IMG/VR virus record: IMGVR_UViG_3300020458_000003
Length of the DNA stretch: 31,328 nucleotides
Direction: 5' to 3' (one strand)
From: an uncultured virus (IMG/VR IMGVR_UViG_3300020458_000003)
Lineage: Duplodnaviria > Heunggongvirae > Uroviricota > Caudoviricetes
The notes below the pieces were generated by a model. That model saw only the letters and a program-made list of their open reading frames with translations. It did no database searches and was not told the DNA's origin. Of this stretch, positions 8,144-17,413 are shown piece by piece. A program made the position numbers and the translations under genes. Every line of letters begins with the position of its first letter. Position 1 is the stretch's first letter.

Positions 8144-8365
8144 ATGCCCCGTGACGGAGGCGACGAACATATCGAGCTAATACCAGCCTTTACGTGGGAC
8201 TGTCCGGACTGTGGTCGCAATAACTTCTGTCGCGCGATCGCGATCGAAACATCGCCGGAAGATGCGTACGTGCTCGAACCAACAAATGTGACCTGCCACG
8301 CTTGCGGTAATGATTTCGACACTCTCTCATACGGACAGGACGACAAGGACCTACCGCAAGACTGA
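8144..8365 (+). CDS. Small zinc-ribbon protein (73 aa)
   Basis: Two CxxC pairs (WDCPDCG, VTCHACG); ATG 8144 with AGGGA upstream is preferred over the 7967 start. Confidence 0.7.
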   Translation: MPRDGGDEHIELIPAFTWDCPDCGRNNFCRAIAIETSPEDAYVLEPTNVTCHACGNDFDTLSYGQDDKDLPQD

Positions 8366-8368
8366 AGG

Positions 8369-8671
8369 TCAACCGGAGCTCAGATCTTCGAGTATCCTAA
8401 TCGCGTTCTCCTGAGACGGACTGGCGTCGTCGCTCGGCTCGCTCGGACTACCGCCACTTGACGAATCTAGCTTTGCCCGACTGGTGTTGATCTTGCCAGT
8501 TAGGATCTCGCTGCTGCACTCGTAGCAGTGTGTCTTCAGCTGCTTTTCCCACACCACTCGCAATAAACTGGCAGTTAATGGGGAACTACGATTTGCCTTG
8601 CCCCGTCGCGTTAGAGGCTCTCGGCATGCACGGCACACTCCCTCGCTAGGTTTCCTTGATGTCAATTCCAT
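8369..8671 (-). CDS. Hypothetical protein with CxxC...CxxC (putative Zn finger)
   Basis: CRAC and CYEC motifs; overlaps the DUF1064 gene in an operon-like arrangement. Confidence 0.55.
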   Translation of the reverse strand: MELTSRKPSEGVCRACREPLTRRGKANRSSPLTASLLRVVWEKQLKTHCYECSSEILTGKINTSRAKLDSSSGGSPSEPSDDASPSQENAIRILEDLSSG

Positions 8672-8984
8672 AGATTGCCTTCATTAGCTTATTCTTGATC
8701 CGGTATGCAGGCAATCTCCGAGTTGCCTGGCTCTTTGTATCCTCTACCACTGTCCCACCGTTCTCGGTGTACTGGAAGTCAGCAATGTATGTGCACACGT
8801 GGATATCATTTATCACCATTCTAAACTTTGGCTGCAACTCAAGACCCGCAATCTTCCCACCTGCCTCAAGAAGCTTAAGCTCACCGTACCGTGTGGCTTC
8901 TTTTTTTGAGGCGAAGACGATACCGTCAACCGTGCGGTCCCACTTTGGTGAGACACCGAATTTATTCGTTCGTTTTGAAAACAC
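8646..8984 (-). CDS. DUF1064-family PD-(D/E)XK endonuclease
   Basis: NKF...TVDGIVFASKKEATRY..LKLLE..G.I..LELQPKF...YIADFQY...VVEDTK signature. Confidence 0.88.
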   Translation of the reverse strand: MFSKRTNKFGVSPKWDRTVDGIVFASKKEATRYGELKLLEAGGKIAGLELQPKFRMVINDIHVCTYIADFQYTENGGTVVEDTKSQATRRLPAYRIKNKLMKAIYGIDIKET

Positions 8985-9792
8985 GTGTGCTATTCGTGAT
9001 TAGGTATTCTAGAACATCGACGTTCCCTTGATTGCGCCCGTTGAGGTCTGTCCACTCCCATGAAGTCTTGGGGTACAACTCTCTGACCAGCGGGTGATCC
9101 TGAAACCGACACACGACCTTCGTTTTCGTGTACCCCGACAAAACCTCAGCCAGATGTCTGTGTCCGTCGTCGGTCATATGGTGCAGGTACTTGTCACCGC
9201 TGATTGGAAATGGAGGATCTGCATATATTCCGTGCCCGTCTCGGTCTTTGCATTTTTCAAGAAATTCAAAGACGTCAAGGCACGAGAACGTTACCCGGCT
9301 GAATTCTTCTCGCCACTGCTCCAACGACTCGATGGCCGAATGATATCGCTTAGCTGAATCGCCCCCGCCAGCTTCCCATCGCAGTGCTAATTGGTTTTTA
9401 AATTCACTCGTCGTTCCGCTTGTGGAGCTACGCCCCTGCCAGCAGCAAACGAAATAAGCCTCGGCCCAGTCAAGAGGATGACACAGCTCTCCGGATTCTT
9501 TGGCGAGACACAGTAGCTGACAGCGGCGCAACACCGCAGGGTGAAACAACAGGTTTGAAAGACGTTTCCTGAGTTTTGGACCGTGGATCCCGCTGGTCAC
9601 AACATCCGCAAGATTGATAACGTGATGATGCAGGTCGTTGGCCAGGATTGTCCTGGCCTTCATGTGGGGGATTTCTGACATCCCTCCAGCAAACGGTATC
9701 CCAACCCAGACACAGTCTTGCAAACACTCGCCCGCATGCTTTGCTAGCATTCGATTCGACCCAAACCATGGCGCGAGAGCGGTAATTTTCAT
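8962..9792 (-). CDS. Dam-like (D12-class) DNA adenine methyltransferase
   Basis: PWFGS, PFAGG, ANDL and a DPPF catalytic motif (DPPY variant). Confidence 0.85.
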   Translation of the reverse strand: MKITALAPWFGSNRMLAKHAGECLQDCVWVGIPFAGGMSEIPHMKARTILANDLHHHVINLADVVTSGIHGPKLRKRLSNLLFHPAVLRRCQLLCLAKESGELCHPLDWAEAYFVCCWQGRSSTSGTTSEFKNQLALRWEAGGGDSAKRYHSAIESLEQWREEFSRVTFSCLDVFEFLEKCKDRDGHGIYADPPFPISGDKYLHHMTDDGHRHLAEVLSGYTKTKVVCRFQDHPLVRELYPKTSWEWTDLNGRNQGNVDVLEYLITNSTRVFKTNE

Positions 9793-10019
9793 TTAACATC
9801 ACGCAACAATAATTTGATGTCGCTGCATGAGACACCCACCCCCGTGAATAAGAACTGACCGCATTGCTCGGTTAGTGAATGGGGCAGCCTCTGTAATGTC
9901 CTCTTGCCAACCAGATCTGCTGTCTGGGATTGATCTAGGTAGTCCCAGGCATCTCGTATCCCACCGGCCACAACAATCACCGCCCAACACGGTTCGGATA
10001 TTTCCCTATGTGTGCACAT
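9789..10019 (-). CDS. Hypothetical protein
   Basis: Overlap-coupled ORF in the minus-strand operon. Confidence 0.5.
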   Translation of the reverse strand: MCTHREISEPCWAVIVVAGGIRDAWDYLDQSQTADLVGKRTLQRLPHSLTEQCGQFLFTGVGVSCSDIKLLLRDVK

Positions 10020-10248
10020 CCGGAACTTCTTGGGGCACCGAGTAGAATTGAGGCCGTTTCATCATCTCTATCAACTCAGCATACCCGGTCACAGTCAATT
10101 CCTCGTCCTGTATACAGCGGGTGTCGCCTCGCATATTGGCCGCCGCTAATTTTACAGACGCTTCCTGACAACGCACTTCAAGTCGGTGTATAACCGCCGA
10201 TCTATCCACCCTCCACCTCCTTTGTTCGAGCTTGACACAAATTATCAT
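10006..10248 (-). CDS. Hypothetical protein
   Basis: ATG start; overlaps the next ORF and ends with a GGAAG-like RBS for it. Confidence 0.55.
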   Translation of the reverse strand: MIICVKLEQRRWRVDRSAVIHRLEVRCQEASVKLAAANMRGDTRCIQDEELTVTGYAELIEMMKRPQFYSVPQEVPDVHT

Positions 10249-10309
10249 GAGTCAACAATCTCGGGAACCCCACTATCACTTCCTGCGAATGGGCCACACG
10301 CTGTATCGT

Positions 10310-10561
10310 TTAATTTCGTCTCTGACAAGACCACTGCTGATATGACGGGAGCTTGTTTCGGGTCGCGCCCCTTTTCCGACACCAGGCAATCACCTCAACC
10401 TCAACGTCAGGACAAGCATACGAACCGCGTTCAGGCACCCCGAATGGGAACCGCTCAACCTCCAGACCGTCTTCGTCTAAGGCAAAAAGGTACGGTTCGG
10501 ATGTCACCCTGTCTAGGGAATAGCCGATGTCGTAGCAGACTGTTCGGTTCACCGCTTGCAT
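10310..10561 (-). CDS. Hypothetical protein
   Basis: ORF fills the gap in the minus-strand cluster; weak RBS. Confidence 0.4.
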   Translation of the reverse strand: MQAVNRTVCYDIGYSLDRVTSEPYLFALDEDGLEVERFPFGVPERGSYACPDVEVEVIAWCRKRGATRNKLPSYQQWSCQRRN

Positions 10562-10606
10562 CTTCAATACTCACTATTCGAGAATTATGCCACAAGTCTA
10601 ATTTAC

Positions 10607-11050
10607 TTAATGACAACATCGTGCGTTGACGGCTCGAAAATAATTTGCGCAGTCTTGTCTATTCCTATTGCTGCCAAGAAAATAAGCAACGGGGAAAGTG
10701 TTAACGGATAGGACGTAGCAATAAGCCTTATTTCGGGGGTTCATCGCTACGTGTCTCTTATTCCCTAACCTGGCTTGACTTATCTTTAGAGCATAAATAC
10801 GTGCTCTTTCTTTACTTGCGGATTGTAAGATGTTTCTATAGTATTTAACGTCTCTTCTTGTTAAATCCCTTGGTCGTATAGCAACAGTACCTATATTCGT
10901 TTCAACGAATACATGGTTGTCTTCAAACGCTATAAACTCACCTGAAAAAGTCTTGTGAGTTTTTTTAAACGTCCAGACTCTAGAGTCCTCCTCTTCACCT
11001 GGAGTTGACGCTAGGACCGTCGCAAGGAGAAATAAATTTAAGCTTTGCAC
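10607..11050 (-). CDS. Exported SHD1-like domain protein, AT-rich
   Basis: Signal-like N-terminus followed by SRVWTFKKTHKTFSGEFIAFEDNHVFVE...IRPRDLTRRDVKYY, resembling the SHD1 pattern (R-x-W-T...F...V-x-L...L-S-x-x-D-x-x-Y). Confidence 0.55.
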   Translation of the reverse strand: MQSLNLFLLATVLASTPGEEEDSRVWTFKKTHKTFSGEFIAFEDNHVFVETNIGTVAIRPRDLTRRDVKYYRNILQSASKERARIYALKISQARLGNKRHVAMNPRNKAYCYVLSVNTFPVAYFLGSNRNRQDCANYFRAVNARCCH

Positions 11051-11347
11051 CGTTAAAACCCTTCATGTTGAGTGATCTCGGTCTTGCCTAGATTAACTTT
11101 CAGCAAGACTCTACACCACAATTAGCCCGAGCCTCTCGTTTGTCAACCAGAATTATTTCTGGCCGCGAGTGACATGCGTGCGCATTGCTGGAATTCCCAC
11201 CGCGCCGATGATAAGCTTGGCCTGATTGCCAGGACAAAAAAAATTAAATCAGACTTGGTTGACGATTGGACGCCTGCCGTTAATTCTCCTGTGAGAGGTA
11301 GCAGCACACTAATTGGTCCCGCCCCGCCCCCTAACCTGGAGAGAACC

Positions 11348-13078
11348 ATGTTTCAAGAAGGAACTAAATCCGTTGTTAATACTACACCCGAGGCTGTACC
11401 CGCGGCCCCGAACGCTGTTGTTGTCGCTTTCGCTGGCACAGGTAAGACGTTCACCCAAATCGTCGGCGTTGGGTGGGCATTCGGCCAAGAGATCTGGCCT
11501 GAGATCATCGAGGGTATCGGCTTCGATCCTGTACCTAGCCCCGAGCAACAACTAGTGTGGGATGCGTTGCGAGAGTCGACCCCAAAGACTGTAACCTACT
11601 GCGCGTTTAACCGCTCGATCGTTAGTGAGTTCTCAGATTCGTGGGGCTGGATGCAAGATAAGCTGCGAGACATCGGCCTGAATCTACAGTTTGCCACAAT
11701 CAACGGGCTGGGGCACAGAGTCATCTGCAATACATTCGGACGAGTGACCCCAATCAGCTGGCGCACCGAAAACATAATCGGTGAGATTCTCGCTTGCAAT
11801 ACTCGCGAGATGAAGCGCCGAGACCCGATAACGATCGAAGCTACTGGCAAATTAGTCGGGCTCTGCAAACTAACCCTTGTTGGTTGGACCGACGAAAATG
11901 GGTTCGACGCCGACCAAATAACGCACGCAGATCTAGACGAGCTTGCCGACCACTACGAGATAGATCTCAATGACAAGCGAGACAAGGTCTATGGATTAGT
12001 GCCCGAGGTCCTACGGCGAAGCCTAGACCTTCAGAAGAGAGAGATTGATTGGGATGATCAAAACTGGTTGCCGGTTGTTCTCGATCTGCCCATTCCCAAG
12101 GTTGACTTACTTCTTGTCGACGAGGGCCAAGACCTTAACCGCTGTAAGCAGCAGTTCTGCCTCCGAGCGGGCCGGCGTACCGTCCTGGTTGGCGACATCA
12201 ACCAGGCTGTCTACGGATTCGCTGGTGCCGATGTAGACTCAATACCGAGGATGCAAAATCTCTTGAAGGTGGATAATGTTCTTCGGTTGACTGAGACCAG
12301 GCGATGTGGAAAGGCAATCGTTGCCGTAGCCAATCAGACGCTGAAGCGCATACACCATATGCGAGGCGAGACACATGTGGAATTTACTGCGCATGAGTCA
12401 AACCCAAACGGCAAAGTCAGTCACGCGAAGATGGACACGTACGCTGACACGGTCGAGGATGGCGACATGGTCCTATGCCGTGTCAACGCCCCCCTAATCT
12501 CCGAAGCACTCAAGCATATTAAGGCTGGCCGTAAGGCATTGGTACGGGGTCGAGATTTTGGCGGGCAATTAGTTAAGTTTGTCGACCGAATGAAGCCAAG
12601 CGACCCTGGCGATCTAGTCGAGCAGGTTGACAACTGGTACCAAAGCGAGTTCAAAAAAGAGAGACGAAAGCGGAACCCCTCCGACGCCAAGCTAATCTCA
12701 CTAGAGACCAAGCGCGACTGTATCTACGCCTTCGCTGAGGACTCTCTAACAATCGCAGAAATAAAAGCGAAGATGGAACTCGTATTCTGTGGCAAGGTCT
12801 GCCCTTGTTGCGACAAGAGGTACAACGAGTCGGCCGAGCGTTGTGGGAATCGATCTTGCAAAACTCAACGCTTGATCACTCCAAAGGGCATCCTGCATAG
12901 CTCGATCCACAGAGCCAAAGGTCTCGAAGCCAATCGGGTGTTTTTGCTGCAGCCCAAAGGGGCAAGCGTGCCCCATCCAATGGCCAAGTCGACTTGGCAG
13001 ATAGCTCAAGAGTGGCACTGCCTGTATATCGCGCAGACTCGGGCCATTGAAGAGTTCACAACTGTTGAGGGGGTTTAA
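11348..13078 (+). CDS. UvrD/Rep-like superfamily 1 helicase (576 aa) with a Cys-rich insert
   Basis: AFAGTGKT (I), DEGQD (II), GDINQAVYGFAGA (III), TRRCG (IV), SIHRAKGLE (V), YIAQTRA (VI); ATG 11348 follows a GGAGAG RBS. Confidence 0.92.
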   Translation: MFQEGTKSVVNTTPEAVPAAPNAVVVAFAGTGKTFTQIVGVGWAFGQEIWPEIIEGIGFDPVPSPEQQLVWDALRESTPKTVTYCAFNRSIVSEFSDSWGWMQDKLRDIGLNLQFATINGLGHRVICNTFGRVTPISWRTENIIGEILACNTREMKRRDPITIEATGKLVGLCKLTLVGWTDENGFDADQITHADLDELADHYEIDLNDKRDKVYGLVPEVLRRSLDLQKREIDWDDQNWLPVVLDLPIPKVDLLLVDEGQDLNRCKQQFCLRAGRRTVLVGDINQAVYGFAGADVDSIPRMQNLLKVDNVLRLTETRRCGKAIVAVANQTLKRIHHMRGETHVEFTAHESNPNGKVSHAKMDTYADTVEDGDMVLCRVNAPLISEALKHIKAGRKALVRGRDFGGQLVKFVDRMKPSDPGDLVEQVDNWYQSEFKKERRKRNPSDAKLISLETKRDCIYAFAEDSLTIAEIKAKMELVFCGKVCPCCDKRYNESAERCGNRSCKTQRLITPKGILHSSIHRAKGLEANRVFLLQPKGASVPHPMAKSTWQIAQEWHCLYIAQTRAIEEFTTVEGV

Positions 13079-13118
13079 AAGAAAAAGGACGCCGGAGGGC
13101 GTGGACTCCCCGGCGTCC
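13077..13118 (-). terminator. Rho-independent terminator between convergent genes
   Basis: GGACGCCGG (13087-95) / CCGGCGTCC (13110-18) stem with an A-tract at 13077-86, which is a U-tract on the minus strand. Confidence 0.8.
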
Positions 13119-13185
13119 CAGAGACCGCCTGGCGGGTCGCAATCGCCCAGCAGTCCAGATAATGTGATCGTTACCGTATAGCCGC

Positions 13186-16100
13186 CTATCTGCGTCGCCT
13201 GTTTTTAGCCCACCTATATGCTAGCCAAAATCCTATCACCGCTCCAGCCACATGTGCCAGGGTAATATTCCCTGGCTTTTGAAAAATCATCCTGAGGGCG
13301 TCCATGATGGCTGTGTTGCCCCCGGACTGTCCGTCCTCCTCTTGGCTTTGAAGGAACCGAAAAGCTCCCTCTATGTCGTCCTGGCGGTCCTCACCCACTG
13401 GTTCATAGCCTTTCCGTGCGGCCGTTTCAATCAAATACCCGGCGGCATTGTTGGCTGTCGCGGCCAATTCCTTTCCAGTCCCGCCTCTCCACCCGTACCC
13501 CTTCGCCATTTCCTTGACACTCTCAAGGTGCTCGGCTTGACCCTTCAGGAACTTAGCAGCGGCAACAGCCTTGTCGGTTGGGTCGCCCCCAGCTGAATCA
13601 GGGTCGAATCCCTGATGCCGCGCGACTCTTGTGAAAAACTGACGAAGTCGCTTGTCATTACGAACGTCACCGGCCGGGATGCCAAACATTGTGGCTACAC
13701 GCCCAACCTCCTCTTTTTCTTCAGGGAGGAAGTTTCTCGCTTGGTGCTTAGGGTTCAACTCGGGCGATCGTGGGTCTTTCGGTTCAACTGGCCCGCGACT
13801 ACCGACTAACTTATCACTACCGTTGGCGAGACCCATACCGCCCCATCGCTGTCCCTCTGCGTCCTGCATCATCCCGCGGCTAATCGCCACAATGGGTACC
13901 ACTTTGTTACCATCGGCCGTTACAAGAGAAATCGAATTGTTGGCCTCTAAATGTTTTTGTACGAACCCAGCAACGTCGTCAGAGAATTTACCAACGTCCA
14001 GGTGTCCTGACTCGTTGGTGTGCTTCTGAACAAACCAGTCAAGCTTGAGTTCCTTGCCGACAGACTTTTTACGGCCCGCTGGCTTCGGAGCTTTCTCCGG
14101 TTTGAAGTGCGCCGACACCGCTTCTTTGTTGAATTTCAACATCTGGTCATCGGTGATAAACGTGTCGCCGTTGCTCCATCCCGACATGTTCATTTCTGGG
14201 ATGTCTGTTTTTGTCCACCCGTCGATTTCAGTTCCCGCCTTCGCGCCCTCAAGCTGGGTGAGTGGAGATTGTTTTTTTCCTGTTGGTGTCGTCTCCTTGG
14301 CTTTGCCTCGCTCTCCAGGGGGATTGTTCCCGTAGAACTTTTCGCCTGTTTCAACGTTCTCCCACCCATGGCCGCCACGGGGTCCGGTGTACGGCATCCA
14401 TTTAGCGTATCGAATTGGATTGCCGTCTTTGTCCAACTCCGGTCGGTTTGTTTGAACCGAGAGAACGGTCTGGTTGTTGGCAAAGGCATGAATTTTCTTC
14501 AGCGTTTCCCTTTTTGTTTTGCCCTTAGGCAAACCCAAGTCATCAGCTAGTTCATGAAGCTCCGAAAGCGGTATTCTCTTAGCAGCATGTTCGGCAGCTT
14601 GCTTGAATTGCTCGGCGTTTTCATCACTGATTCCGGATTTCAGAAACTCTCGCATCTTCAGGACATGGGGCTGCTCTTGTCGCCACTTTTTCCACGCGCC
14701 AGTGACTAGAATTAGAGGCTCGTCGTCTCCTCCGACTCCGATTTGCCTTCCGGCTCCGTGCCAGATGTCCCTTTCCACGTCCCCAGCAAACGATGCGGGC
14801 GTCGGTGTGACGTATACACTCACACCTCCCTCATGCCTGCCCTCCATCGTATTAAAGGATCTGCCGGAATCTGGCGGAGTGCCGACTCGGTAATATGTCC
14901 TGGGTGGCGCAACAGGATCACTGAGGTGATCAACAAAGGGATCTTCGAGAAGTTCGTTAGCGAGTGATTCGCTCTCTACTTTGATCGTCTCGTGTGTCCC
15001 GTCTACAAAAAAGACCACTCGCTCGTGTGGTGCGTCTTCTACTGAGCTACGAAAATCATCGTACCCGGTAGCGTCTTGCATGTACCCGTAGGTGACAGGC
15101 ATTGATGCCTCTTCGGGAGACATGGATTCTGGATCCGATCCTACCCCGAGAAGCGACTCCCGAAACTCATCTTCCGCTTTCTCTGTGGCTTTAATGGCCG
15201 CGGCCACTTTCGCGTTGTCAGGACCAGCTAACCCAGGTATTGGAGTCTCTAATATGCGAAGTCTCTCTAGGTCGAAATCTGTTATACTGTGCGTCTCACG
15301 GAGATCGTTGAGCGCAGACTTGGATTCGCGAAGTGTATGTCGTTTTCGTGGAGCATCTCCCGACGCGACTTGCGTTTCGTCTCCAACCTTCGGTTCCGGT
15401 TCTGGAACAACTTCTTCCTTGGGCTTAGCAACCGCTGGCTGCTCTGTCGAAACGTCTGGCTCAGACTCCGTCCCATCCGTCGATCCCTCTAGCTGGCCAG
15501 ATAGCGACGGCTTGCTCTTGCCTGCCGAGGGTGAGTCCTTGGATGGCTCCCTCTCGCCAGGTGGATCTGTTCCGTAGACCTTCTCACCAGTCTCCACGTT
15601 CTCCCATCCATGCCCTCCACGGGGCCCGGTGTACGGCATCCACTTAGCGTACCGGATTGGATTGCCGTCTTTGTCCAACTCCGGTCGGTTTGTTTTTCGC
15701 CATCCTTCGACTTGAACCGAGAGAACGGACTGGTTGTTGACGAAATCATTGATTGCTTTGAGAGTTGCTTTTTTCGTTCTTCCCTTGGGTAGCCCCAGGT
15801 CGTCGGCCAGTTCATGCAACTCCGCAATCGGCAGTCGCTTTGCAGCATGCTCGGCAGATCTCTTGAATTGACCTAGGTTTTCCTCTGTGATTCCAGATTG
15901 CATCATCTGGCGCATGTCCACCCCGGCATCCTGCCCAGACTCCAATCGCTTCAAATCGCGAGTTTCGCCCCACTCGTGAGCCGCCTTGTGAATCAAATCC
16001 TGGATAACTTCAGCCGGGAACATCTCTGAAAACCATCGGTCAGCAACTTCACTCGGATCTTCATCGTGAAGCCATGCGTGCTCGTCCGCATAAGCATAGA

Positions 16101-17220
16101 GTCGATCATGAAGGGCATTTCCGTTTCGAAACCATTCCCACGGTTCTAAGTGGTCAGAGATAAAATCTAGATGCAAAGTAGAATACGGGTTGTTTTTTGA
16201 ACCTCCCGAAATGGACTTGTCGTTCTCTATGATCTCCTTAAAGAACTCGGGGTCTTTAAACACCTGCAACTTGGGTCGGCCCTTTTTTAGCAACGGGTTT
16301 GAGCCGTATTTTGCTTGAGCCTTTTCCTTGAAGATCTTTGCTTCGTCCACGTACATCTGCTGAACTTCAAGCGGAGACACAAGACGGTCGTACCAGGCAA
16401 GAGCGGCGTCTTCCCAAAGCTCATCCCCGACATACCCGTCTTCTGACTGCAGATCCTCGGCAATCCTTTGGACCTTGTCAAAAATCTTGGTACCTCCACG
16501 AATCATGTCGGGATCAACTTCACGAAGGAAGTCCTCACCCACTCCCTCCTTAGCGATTTCCTCGACCGACTCATAAAAAAAGTCATTTTTCTTGAGAGCA
16601 AGCGATTGCGGTTTCAACGCCATGACATTCGGCGGTGGAGGTGGCGCATCGACACCCGAGCTTGGGAATTCGTCATTCCATAGGTTCAGGCATCCAGTGT
16701 AGAGTGGCCCCCAGCTCGTGTCCGTGCTTTGTCTTGGCGATCTCTCCGGAGAAGAAACGTCCGGTGACTCTTGCGGCTGTGCTGGCGACGGCTGAGAAAT
16801 CACGTCAGGGACCTGTTTGGCATCACCTGGACCACTTCCAAACTTACCTTCGTCGTCGCGAGGATGCTTTTCTTCGTCCCAGAGACTTAGCTGTCGAGAG
16901 TAACTTAGGGAATCGTCGTACCCCCGAGTAGACGCTTCCTTGAGTCGTCCTAGCGTGCCGTCGTGTCGCAGTGACTTGTAGACGAGATTCTCAAGAGAGA
17001 ATTCTCCACCGCCAGTGATGCCAATCTGACGAAACGACCAAAGCCGATTGAGAAGCTGTTCTAGTCGCTCCGGATAATCAATCTCGATCGCGGTATCGAC
17101 CGTCGCACGAATGCGATCTGCCTTCCTTTGGACGCATTCATCGTCAACATCGAGCGGATCACCCGGGCGGTCTACCCACTCATCTTGAAAAATCGAATAC
17201 CGTCCTTGACTGGCGATCAT
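13186..17220 (-). CDS. Giant polyvalent-type protein B (about 1344 aa): C-half of a nucleotidyltransferase, internal duplication, ART-like module, C-terminal TM anchor
   Basis: ATG 17220 has an AGGAGG RBS and is preferred over TTG 17256. N-terminus SQGRYSIFQDEW...GEFSLENLVYKSLR; HPRDDEGKF linker; hydrophobic C-terminus followed by KNRRRR. Confidence 0.88.
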   Translation of the reverse strand: MIASQGRYSIFQDEWVDRPGDPLDVDDECVQRKADRIRATVDTAIEIDYPERLEQLLNRLWSFRQIGITGGGEFSLENLVYKSLRHDGTLGRLKEASTRGYDDSLSYSRQLSLWDEEKHPRDDEGKFGSGPGDAKQVPDVISQPSPAQPQESPDVSSPERSPRQSTDTSWGPLYTGCLNLWNDEFPSSGVDAPPPPPNVMALKPQSLALKKNDFFYESVEEIAKEGVGEDFLREVDPDMIRGGTKIFDKVQRIAEDLQSEDGYVGDELWEDAALAWYDRLVSPLEVQQMYVDEAKIFKEKAQAKYGSNPLLKKGRPKLQVFKDPEFFKEIIENDKSISGGSKNNPYSTLHLDFISDHLEPWEWFRNGNALHDRLYAYADEHAWLHDEDPSEVADRWFSEMFPAEVIQDLIHKAAHEWGETRDLKRLESGQDAGVDMRQMMQSGITEENLGQFKRSAEHAAKRLPIAELHELADDLGLPKGRTKKATLKAINDFVNNQSVLSVQVEGWRKTNRPELDKDGNPIRYAKWMPYTGPRGGHGWENVETGEKVYGTDPPGEREPSKDSPSAGKSKPSLSGQLEGSTDGTESEPDVSTEQPAVAKPKEEVVPEPEPKVGDETQVASGDAPRKRHTLRESKSALNDLRETHSITDFDLERLRILETPIPGLAGPDNAKVAAAIKATEKAEDEFRESLLGVGSDPESMSPEEASMPVTYGYMQDATGYDDFRSSVEDAPHERVVFFVDGTHETIKVESESLANELLEDPFVDHLSDPVAPPRTYYRVGTPPDSGRSFNTMEGRHEGGVSVYVTPTPASFAGDVERDIWHGAGRQIGVGGDDEPLILVTGAWKKWRQEQPHVLKMREFLKSGISDENAEQFKQAAEHAAKRIPLSELHELADDLGLPKGKTKRETLKKIHAFANNQTVLSVQTNRPELDKDGNPIRYAKWMPYTGPRGGHGWENVETGEKFYGNNPPGERGKAKETTPTGKKQSPLTQLEGAKAGTEIDGWTKTDIPEMNMSGWSNGDTFITDDQMLKFNKEAVSAHFKPEKAPKPAGRKKSVGKELKLDWFVQKHTNESGHLDVGKFSDDVAGFVQKHLEANNSISLVTADGNKVVPIVAISRGMMQDAEGQRWGGMGLANGSDKLVGSRGPVEPKDPRSPELNPKHQARNFLPEEKEEVGRVATMFGIPAGDVRNDKRLRQFFTRVARHQGFDPDSAGGDPTDKAVAAAKFLKGQAEHLESVKEMAKGYGWRGGTGKELAATANNAAGYLIETAARKGYEPVGEDRQDDIEGAFRFLQSQEEDGQSGGNTAIMDALRMIFQKPGNITLAHVAGAVIGFWLAYRWAKNRRRR
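14308..14637. repeat. Intragenic duplication in protein B, copy 2 (about 110 aa)
   Basis: SGISDENAEQFKQAAEHAAKR...NRPELDKDGNPIRYAKWMPYTGPRGGHGWENVETGEK..PPGER, near-identical in protein to 15550-15897. Confidence 0.92.
15550..15897. repeat. Intragenic duplication in protein B, copy 1
   Basis: SGITEENLGQFKRSAEHAAKR...NRPELDKDGNPIRYAKWMPYTGPRGGHGWENVETGEK..PPGER; has 6 extra residues (VEGWRK) relative to copy 2. Confidence 0.92.
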
Positions 17221-17221
17221 C

Positions 17222-17413
17222 TCATTCCTCCTGAGCGAGGTCGATGCGGACACCAATAACAGAGATCATCTCGCTAATCTTTCCGCACGGAAGTTGGTCA
17301 GCGAGAGTTGCCAGGACGATTTCCATGTTTTCACATTCGACAGGATTTGTTTTATTTGGGACTTCTGCTGTTGCTGTCGGGCCTTGAAGTGTAAACAAGA
17401 TGTTCCATTTCAT
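17222..17413 (-). CDS. 63-aa hypothetical ORF inserted between the two halves of the nucleotidyltransferase
   Basis: ATGA overlap with the stop of protein A; its TGA lies 1 nt before the ATG of protein B and its 3' end supplies the AGGAGG RBS. Confidence 0.5.
   Translation of the reverse strand: MKWNILFTLQGPTATAEVPNKTNPVECENMEIVLATLADQLPCGKISEMISVIGVRIDLAQEE

Noticed and set aside
11174..11347. N-terminal extension of the helicase given in the ORF track
   Set aside because: ATG 11348 has an RBS and precedes Walker A at a normal distance. The upstream part looks like a divergent promoter region.
17266..17412. Genome-wide TGA recoding (alternative genetic code) to fuse proteins A and B
   Set aside because: Other genes end normally at TGA (for example at 8365, 8369, 26766) and long ORFs are intact under the standard code.
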